DNA of 64,000 nt from an uncultured Alteromonas sp. (GTDB lineage Bacteria > Pseudomonadota > Gammaproteobacteria > Enterobacterales > Alteromonadaceae): NCBI GenBank assembly GCA_964429915.1, contig CAYSDZ010000008.1, positions 32,210 through 96,209 of the forward strand. Reading direction: 5' to 3'. The notes under the pieces are model-generated. The model was not told the origin of the DNA. It saw only the letters and a list, made by a program, of their open reading frames with translations, and ran no database searches. This document shows positions 57,691-64,000 of this stretch, one piece after another (positions within the stretch are counted from its first letter, which is position 1; the number at the start of each line of letters is the position of its first letter). Position numbers and translations under genes: made by a program.

Positions 57691-58119
57691 TTGACACAAG
57701 TGACTTTTTATTCTTTAAGTGAAACAGACAAGGCAGGGCAATCCCTGTCTTGTTCTCTTTCTGCAACACTTTACGCAAATAAGCAAAAAATGTGTGTATG
57801 GTGTGCAGATAAAACCGAAGCCGAAAGCTTCGATGAAATGTTGTGGCAATTACCCGTAGATCGCTTCATACCTCACAATTTAAGTGGTGAAGGGCCCAAA
57901 AATGGCGCGCCAGTAGAAATTTGTTGGCAAGCAGAGCAACTACGCCGTGGCACAGTGATCATTGTATTAAGCCAAGCAACACTTGCACAACCTAACGCTT
58001 TCAGACAAATCATTGACTTTGTTCCTGCCGACGACGCTCAAAAAGCGGCAGCGCGGGAGCGATATAAGTATTACCAAAGGGCCGGGTGCAATATGCACTT
58101 TACTCAGCCCGATTCTTGA
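57691..58119 (+). CDS. holC: DNA polymerase III chi subunit
   Basis: [22 protein letters not shown]; lies between pepA and valS. Confidence 0.92.
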   Translation: MTQVTFYSLSETDKAGQSLSCSLSATLYANKQKMCVWCADKTEAESFDEMLWQLPVDRFIPHNLSGEGPKNGAPVEICWQAEQLRRGTVIIVLSQATLAQPNAFRQIIDFVPADDAQKAAARERYKYYQRAGCNMHFTQPDS

Positions 58120-58127
58120 GAAAACCA

Positions 58128-60914
58128 ATGGAAAAAACGTTCGACCCACAAAGTATAGAATCTTCGTGTTATTCCCGATGGGAACAGCAAGGCTTATTTG
58201 CTCCAAGCGGTGAAGGCTCGCCTTATTGTATTTTACTTCCGCCTCCCAACGTTACGGGTAGCCTGCATATGGGCCATGCTTTCCAGCATACTATCATGGA
58301 TGCCCTTATTCGTTATCGCAGAATGAAAGGCGACAACACACTATGGCAAGTGGGTACTGATCATGCGGGAATCGCTACACAAATGGTTGTTGAGCGTCAA
58401 TTAAATGCGCAAGGAAAAACCAGACACGACTTAGGCCGTGACGCGTTTATTGAAAAAATATGGGAATGGAAAGAGCTGAGTGGCGGCACCATTACCAACC
58501 AAATGCGTCGGCTCGGTGCGTCGGCTGATTGGTCGCGTGAAGTGTTTACGATGGATGAAAACTTGTCAGCAGCAGTAACAGAGGTTTTTGTTAAGCTGCA
58601 TGACGAAGGACTTATTTATCGAGGTAAGCGTCTGGTTAATTGGGATCCAGTGCTTCACACCGCCGTCTCCGATTTGGAAGTGTTAAACGAAGAAGAGGCC
58701 GGTTTTTTATGGCACATGCGTTATCCACTGGAAGACGGAAGCGGGCATCTAGTGGTTGCCACTACGAGACCCGAAACAATGCTAGGTGACACCGCCGTTG
58801 CAGTGCATCCTGACGATGAACGGTATACCGCTTTGGTGGGCAAACACATTAAATTGCCGATTACCGGACGATTAATTCCCATTATTGCTGATGACTATGT
58901 GGATATGGAGTTTGGAACGGGGTGCGTAAAAATCACTCCAGCACACGACTTCAACGACTATGACATGGGCAAACGTCATAACCTTGAAGTGATCAACGTG
59001 CTTACCGATGATGCAAAAATCAACAACACCGCACCAGAGCAATATCGGGGTTTAGATCGCTTTGATGCGCGTAAGCAAATTGTTGCTGATTTAGACGAGC
59101 AAGGCTTTTTAGAAAAAATAGAAGATCACAAACTAAAAGTACCACGTGGTGATCGCACAGGCTCCGTTATTGAACCGTACTTAACCGACCAGTGGTACGT
59201 GGCGGTTGAATCGTTGGCAAAACCTGCGATAGAAGCGGTTGAATCAGGCGAGATACGGTTTGTACCGGAAAACTGGAACAAAACCTATTACCAATGGATG
59301 CACAATATTCAAGACTGGTGTATTTCACGGCAGCTTTGGTGGGGGCACCGTATTCCAGCTTGGTATGACGACAATGGTAAGGTATATGTTGCAGCAACAG
59401 AATCTGAAGTAAGAAGTAAGTATTCACTTGGTCCAGATGTTCAGTTAAAGCAAGACAACGACGTATTAGATACTTGGTTTTCGTCTGCGCTTTGGCCTTT
59501 TGCAACCATGGGCTGGCCTGACAAAACAGAAGAACTCGACACATTTGTACCGTCTTCTGTGCTGGTAACTGGGTTTGATATTATTTTCTTCTGGGTGGCC
59601 AGAATGATCATGATGACCAAAAAGTTCACTGGTAAAATTCCGTTCAAAGACATCTATATTACGGGGCTTATTCGTGATGAAAACGGCGATAAGATGTCAA
59701 AGTCAAAAGGGAATGTGCTCGATCCTATCGACTTGATCGACGGCATTAGCGCCGAGGCTCTAGTTGAAAAACGGACATCGGGTATGATGCAGCCGCAAAT
59801 GGCTGCGAAAATTGGTAAGCGTACCAAAAAGCAATTTCCCGATGGCATTGCCGCTTACGGCACCGATGCACTGCGATTTACTTTTGCAGCTATGGCCTCA
59901 ACGAGTCGCGATATCAATTTTGATATGGGCCGCGTTGAGGGGTATCGCAACTTTTGCAATAAAATTTGGAATGCCTCGCGTTTCGTGTTGATGAACGTGC
60001 AAACGGAAACCCAAAATAAAGATGTAGGGCAAAATCAAGAAAGCAAGCGATTATCTGTGGCTGATGAGTGGATCATTGCCACGTTGCAAAAAACGCGTGC
60101 AGACGTCGAAGCTGCGCTGGCCGACTATCGTTTTGATATTGCGGCTCAATTGATGTACGAGTTTACGTGGAATCAATTCTGTGACTGGTATTTAGAACTT
60201 ACCAAACCCGTACTAAATAACGACGAAGCGAGTGAAGAAGAAAAACGAGGCACACGTCATACTTTGGTGAACGTGCTTGAACAGCTGATGCGCTTGCTAC
60301 ACCCCTTCATGCCCTACATTACCGAAAGTATTTGGCAGCAAGTTGCCCCCCTATGCGGTATCGAAGTGAATGAAAGTGCGAGTGTGATGTCACAAAATTT
60401 TGTCAACGAGCATCCCGAATTGATCAAAGATAACATTTTGAACGATATTGCTTGGTTGAAGAAATGTATTGTAGGTGTTCGAAATATTCGTGGAGAAATG
60501 GATATTTCACCTAACAGACCGCTTGATGTGTTGTTTAAAAATGCCAATACCGAAGACAAAGCCCGCGCTGAAAAGATGGACGTTTTTTTAACGCGCCTTG
60601 GTAAATTATCCTCCATCACTCATGTTAAAGACGGCGACAACATTCCTGCATCAGCGACTGCTATCGTTGGCGAAATGGAAATACTTATTCCTATGGCGGG
60701 GCTTATCGACAAAGAAGCAGAGCTAGCGCGTATCGACAAAGCCTTGGAAAAACTTAATAAGGACATACAGCGCGTAGAGGGAAAATTAGCTAACGAAAAA
60801 TTCGTAGCCAATGCTCCTGAAGCGGTCATTGCTAAAGAGCGTTCCAAATGTGATGATTTTCAATCACAAATTCGTACCTTATCGACTCAACGCGAGACTA
60901 TATCGAATCTGTGA
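58128..60914 (+). CDS. valS: Valine--tRNA ligase
   Basis: [31 protein letters not shown]-terminal coiled coil; start at MEKTF. Confidence 0.98.
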   Translation: MEKTFDPQSIESSCYSRWEQQGLFAPSGEGSPYCILLPPPNVTGSLHMGHAFQHTIMDALIRYRRMKGDNTLWQVGTDHAGIATQMVVERQLNAQGKTRHDLGRDAFIEKIWEWKELSGGTITNQMRRLGASADWSREVFTMDENLSAAVTEVFVKLHDEGLIYRGKRLVNWDPVLHTAVSDLEVLNEEEAGFLWHMRYPLEDGSGHLVVATTRPETMLGDTAVAVHPDDERYTALVGKHIKLPITGRLIPIIADDYVDMEFGTGCVKITPAHDFNDYDMGKRHNLEVINVLTDDAKINNTAPEQYRGLDRFDARKQIVADLDEQGFLEKIEDHKLKVPRGDRTGSVIEPYLTDQWYVAVESLAKPAIEAVESGEIRFVPENWNKTYYQWMHNIQDWCISRQLWWGHRIPAWYDDNGKVYVAATESEVRSKYSLGPDVQLKQDNDVLDTWFSSALWPFATMGWPDKTEELDTFVPSSVLVTGFDIIFFWVARMIMMTKKFTGKIPFKDIYITGLIRDENGDKMSKSKGNVLDPIDLIDGISAEALVEKRTSGMMQPQMAAKIGKRTKKQFPDGIAAYGTDALRFTFAAMASTSRDINFDMGRVEGYRNFCNKIWNASRFVLMNVQTETQNKDVGQNQESKRLSVADEWIIATLQKTRADVEAALADYRFDIAAQLMYEFTWNQFCDWYLELTKPVLNNDEASEEEKRGTRHTLVNVLEQLMRLLHPFMPYITESIWQQVAPLCGIEVNESASVMSQNFVNEHPELIKDNILNDIAWLKKCIVGVRNIRGEMDISPNRPLDVLFKNANTEDKARAEKMDVFLTRLGKLSSITHVKDGDNIPASATAIVGEMEILIPMAGLIDKEAELARIDKALEKLNKDIQRVEGKLANEKFVANAPEAVIAKERSKCDDFQSQIRTLSTQRETISNL

Positions 60915-60947
60915 ATAGCGTCTAAGCAAGCTTATTACATGACCTGT

Positions 60948-60973
60948 AAAAACTGCCCTCTTGGGCGGTTTTT
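60948..60973 (+). terminator. Terminator after valS
   Basis: AAAAACTGCCC-tctt-GGGCGGTTTTT. Confidence 0.8.
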
Positions 60974-61070
60974 CTTATTATAGGCGGCTAACAATTTGTG
61001 CTTGCATTCGTTATTTCAAAGCAAATAGTGTATCGTCGATAATGCTCGTAACGAATAAGAGAAATATCCA

Positions 61071-62822
61071 ATGCCTTTTCGATTTATCCCTATTTTTTTC
61101 ACATGTTGCATATTGTCTGCATGTCAAACTCAAGAATCTAGTGAGGACTCCCCTCGACCAGTAAGCCCCAAACAACAAGCAATGGTTGTGACCGCCAATC
61201 CTCATGCCACAGAGGCTGGACTGGAAATACTGCGGGCAGGTGGTTCAGCCGTAGATGCGGCCATCGCTATTGAAGCCGTATTAAGTTTGGTCGAGCCGCA
61301 AAGCTCTGGGCTTGCCGGCGGCGCGTTTATGGTGCACTACGACAGTGAAAGCAAAGAAATTGCGGTGTACGATGGGCGGGAAACGGCACCAGCTAATGCT
61401 ACCCCTGACATGTTTTTACTTGAAGATGGAAAACGAATGGGCTTTCTTCAAGCAAAAAATAGTGGATTATCAACGGGTGCGCCAGGTGTGTTAGCTATGC
61501 TAGCGATGGCACACGAAGAACACGGTAGTTTGGAATGGAAAACACTCTTTGAAAGGGCCAGTCAGTTGGCCACTGATGGCTTTGAAATATCGCCTCGTCT
61601 GCACGGCATGATCAGCCGTTTTGGAAAGTACATTCCCAATACACCGGAAGAAGGCCCGACAGATGCGTATGAATACTTTTTTGATGAAGAAGGAAACCCT
61701 TATCCAATTGGTCATAAGCTCAGGAATCCAGACTATGCCAACACCCTAAAAATAGTGTCAAATGACGTCAACGACTATTACACAGGGTCAATTGCTAAAG
61801 AAATAGCCGCTATGGTGCAGCGTTCGCCAAGGGCAGGACGACTGACAGCAGAAGACATTGCTAACTATAAACCAGTTAAACGCAAAGCACTGTGCCAGTC
61901 CTATCGCAACACACAGATTTGTGGCGCACCGCCGCCGTCATCTTGGGTAGCGGTAGGCATGATCATGGGCATGTTAGAGAACGGACCTAAACCGAGTATT
62001 CAAGGGCCGAGCGATCCGAACAATTGGGCATTAATGGCACAGGCGCAGCAACTCGCGTATGCAGATAGAGACCAGTTTATTGCCGACCCTCAATTCGTAG
62101 ACATGCCCTTGTCGGGAATGCTACATCCCGACTATTTAGCAAAACGCGCGGCACTCATTACTAAAAAAGCGAATTCTAAAACAACCGAAATCGGCGACCC
62201 TTGGGCATACAGCGCAAAAAAAACAAATCAGACCGCAGGCTTAGATGCGACTATGGATGTGCATGGCACCACGCATTTTGTAATCGTTGATACGCAAGGT
62301 GATGTGGTCTCTATGACAGCTACAGTGGAAAGTATTTTCGGTACTACACGAATGGCGGGCGGTATGTTCCTAAATAATCAGCTTACCGATTTTTCTTTTC
62401 TTCCCGAAGATGAAAGCGGCAACCCTATTGCCAATGCAGTAGCAGCAAATAAACGACCGCGTTCTTCAATGTCGCCAACCATCGTCTTAGATAAAGAGGG
62501 TAAATTCTTAATGGCGACGGGTTCACCGGGTGGAAACAATATCATTGCCTATACTGCAAAAACCCTAGTCGGTGTTTTTGAGTGGGGTTTAAGTGCACAA
62601 GACGCAGTTGATTTACCCAATATGGTGGCGAGAGGCGAAACAGTGCGCCTAGAAAAAGGGGCTACACCGGATTCTTTAATTCAGGCAATGACCGAATTGG
62701 GTTTTAAGGTAGACGCATCAAGAGGCGAAAATTCTGGCTTAAGCGTGATTTTACGAAAGCCAGACGGAACGCTTGAAGGCGCGGCCGATAAGCGCCGAGA
62801 AGGCGTAATTGGAACGCTTTAA
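61071..62822 (+). CDS. ggt: Gamma-glutamyltransferase (lipoprotein)
   Basis: Lipobox LSAC; GGSAVDAA, EPQSSG, DGRETAP, GTTH (catalytic Thr), LNNQLTDF, RPRSSMSP, GSPGG. Confidence 0.95.
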   Translation: MPFRFIPIFFTCCILSACQTQESSEDSPRPVSPKQQAMVVTANPHATEAGLEILRAGGSAVDAAIAIEAVLSLVEPQSSGLAGGAFMVHYDSESKEIAVYDGRETAPANATPDMFLLEDGKRMGFLQAKNSGLSTGAPGVLAMLAMAHEEHGSLEWKTLFERASQLATDGFEISPRLHGMISRFGKYIPNTPEEGPTDAYEYFFDEEGNPYPIGHKLRNPDYANTLKIVSNDVNDYYTGSIAKEIAAMVQRSPRAGRLTAEDIANYKPVKRKALCQSYRNTQICGAPPPSSWVAVGMIMGMLENGPKPSIQGPSDPNNWALMAQAQQLAYADRDQFIADPQFVDMPLSGMLHPDYLAKRAALITKKANSKTTEIGDPWAYSAKKTNQTAGLDATMDVHGTTHFVIVDTQGDVVSMTATVESIFGTTRMAGGMFLNNQLTDFSFLPEDESGNPIANAVAANKRPRSSMSPTIVLDKEGKFLMATGSPGGNNIIAYTAKTLVGVFEWGLSAQDAVDLPNMVARGETVRLEKGATPDSLIQAMTELGFKVDASRGENSGLSVILRKPDGTLEGAADKRREGVIGTL

Positions 62823-62831
62823 AGGTTAAAT

Positions 62832-63341
62832 TCAAGAGTAAGTAGAAATATCTACCACCAAATCGTTTGCGATTCCTTCAAGTGATTCAGTGAGCTTGTC
62901 ACTGTCAAAAGCATCAGGCACATCAATCACGATGCTGGCTTTGAACATCAAATTGCCCCAGTTCGGGGCGCTTTCACAACACGATTCCATACTTCTAATA
63001 TTCAAATTAAATTGGTGCAAGACTGTGGTGATTTCTTGCACGATGCCCGCTTTATCATTGCCCATCACTTCAATCACCATACTTTGATGGTTAAATAAGT
63101 GATTAGAATCAGCGACAGAAACAGATTGAACTCGAATGTCTTTCACTTCATTCAAGCTAGTGATTAAGTCGTCGTGTGAGGCTTCTGGAACATGCACTTC
63201 TACAAAGCCAGCAAACTGTCCCGACATTTGAGCAAAGTTACTAGCAAGCCAATTTCCTTGATGTGCATAAACACGTTTCGCCAAAGTATCGACTAAACCG
63301 GGTTGGTCTTTGCCTATTATTGTGATTATGATGGGTTTCAT
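62832..63341 (-). CDS. Tandem ACT-domain protein (GcvR-like)
   Basis: IIGKDQPGLV and VMGNDKAGIVQEIT ACT repeats. Confidence 0.85.
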   Translation of the reverse strand: MKPIIITIIGKDQPGLVDTLAKRVYAHQGNWLASNFAQMSGQFAGFVEVHVPEASHDDLITSLNEVKDIRVQSVSVADSNHLFNHQSMVIEVMGNDKAGIVQEITTVLHQFNLNIRSMESCCESAPNWGNLMFKASIVIDVPDAFDSDKLTESLEGIANDLVVDISTYS

Positions 63342-63442
63342 TGTTACTCCTGACTGTATTCAACGAATAGGTCAAACTACTTGATCTTACGCTAACACAA
63401 CTTACACTTCGGGTCAGGAAATTTACGCCTAAAATTGGAATC

Positions 63443-64000
63443 ATGAAAACGCTTGCACAACAACAGAAAAGCAGAGCTCGAAAAGATCTGCTTATGAGCC
63501 GAATGGTCAGCCTTTTTGGTATTGGAGTGTTAGCGACGATGACTCTGTTAATGTGGTATCTGTTTTCTCGCACTGTGCCTTTGTTTCTCGACCCATGGCT
63601 AATGTTAAAAACCACCGACAATATTCAGCCGAACGCTAAAATGGAACAAACAGCAGACAATCAAATGGCATTCTCAGGTTGGTTTGAAACGGATTCAGTG
63701 ATCTTTTTGTCTGCATTACCCAATAAACGCACCGTATTCGTGGGTTATCAGAACAACAGCCTTACTCGTTGGGTACAGATTAACAAACAAGGCCAGTTTC
63801 ATTATATTCCAACCTACCGTTTACAACTGAATAGCGAAGAATGGCCTGTTCAGTTGAAAGCACATCCTTATGCAAATGCTGCATTTTTGCTGACCACGAA
63901 GCAAAGATTAATTATGTTTAACCGAGTAACAGGTGAACAGCTACATATCAACGAATTGTCGAACAGGCCATTGTCGATACAGGTATTCAGTAAAGAAATT
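63443..64000 (+). CDS. PstC-like phosphate ABC permease with a long N-terminal domain (3' truncated by window edge)
   Basis: Not in the ORF track; manual translation is open to the window end: MKTLAQQQKSRARKDLLMSRMVSLFGIGVLATMTLLMWYLFSRTVPLF…. Confidence 0.6.
   Translation, partial: MKTLAQQQKSRARKDLLMSRMVSLFGIGVLATMTLLMWYLFSRTVPLFLDPWLMLKTTDNIQPNAKMEQTADNQMAFSGWFETDSVIFLSALPNKRTVFVGYQNNSLTRWVQINKQGQFHYIPTYRLQLNSEEWPVQLKAHPYANAAFLLTTKQRLIMFNRVTGEQLHINELSNRPLSIQVFSKEI

Noticed and set aside
63241-63621. 126-aa minus-strand ORF
   Set aside because: It is a shadow of the plus-strand PstC-like gene and the ACT gene
1-64000. CRISPR array, rRNA, integrase or IS transposase
   Set aside because: No regularly spaced repeats, rRNA-like sequence or recombinase/DDE motifs were seen; the remaining short ORFs in the track are antisense or nested shadows of longer genes

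Overview
This window comes from a marine gammaproteobacterial chromosome. An Alteromonadales-like host is my inference from gene content and synteny. The right end (53.0-64.0 kb) is conserved core: tRNA-Leu(CAA), RDD, lptG, lptF, pepA, holC, valS, ggt, an ACT-domain regulator and the start of a PstC-like permease. The left ~53 kb is a patchwork of accessory modules. These include four TonB-dependent receptors, phoX with a glycerophosphodiesterase, a BCCT transporter, a TPR-sulfotransferase, metR-mesX-mesD with MetJ and MetR boxes, efpL and a BlaI/BlaR1-TonB pair with two operators. The most notable items are: (1) a split-borosin RiPP locus at 21.8-26.5 kb (pepsin-like protease, backbone N-methyltransferase, GNAT, 76-aa candidate precursor, TPR-GGDEF); (2) a decayed, unfused CapRel-like toxSAS toxin with an intact antitoxin at 49.7-50.5 kb; (3) a ~130-bp group IIC intron-like remnant directly behind an intrinsic terminator at 18.15 kb; (4) an integrase-less toxin-antitoxin mini-island bounded by a duplicated tRNA-Leu 3' half, next to a truncated parE; (5) a membrane spermidine-synthase-like gene followed by an atypical GT2 and an MtnK-like kinase at 1.0-5.4 kb. 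No CRISPR array, rRNA, integrase or transposase was seen. All family assignments are from motif recognition by eye; no database searches were run.
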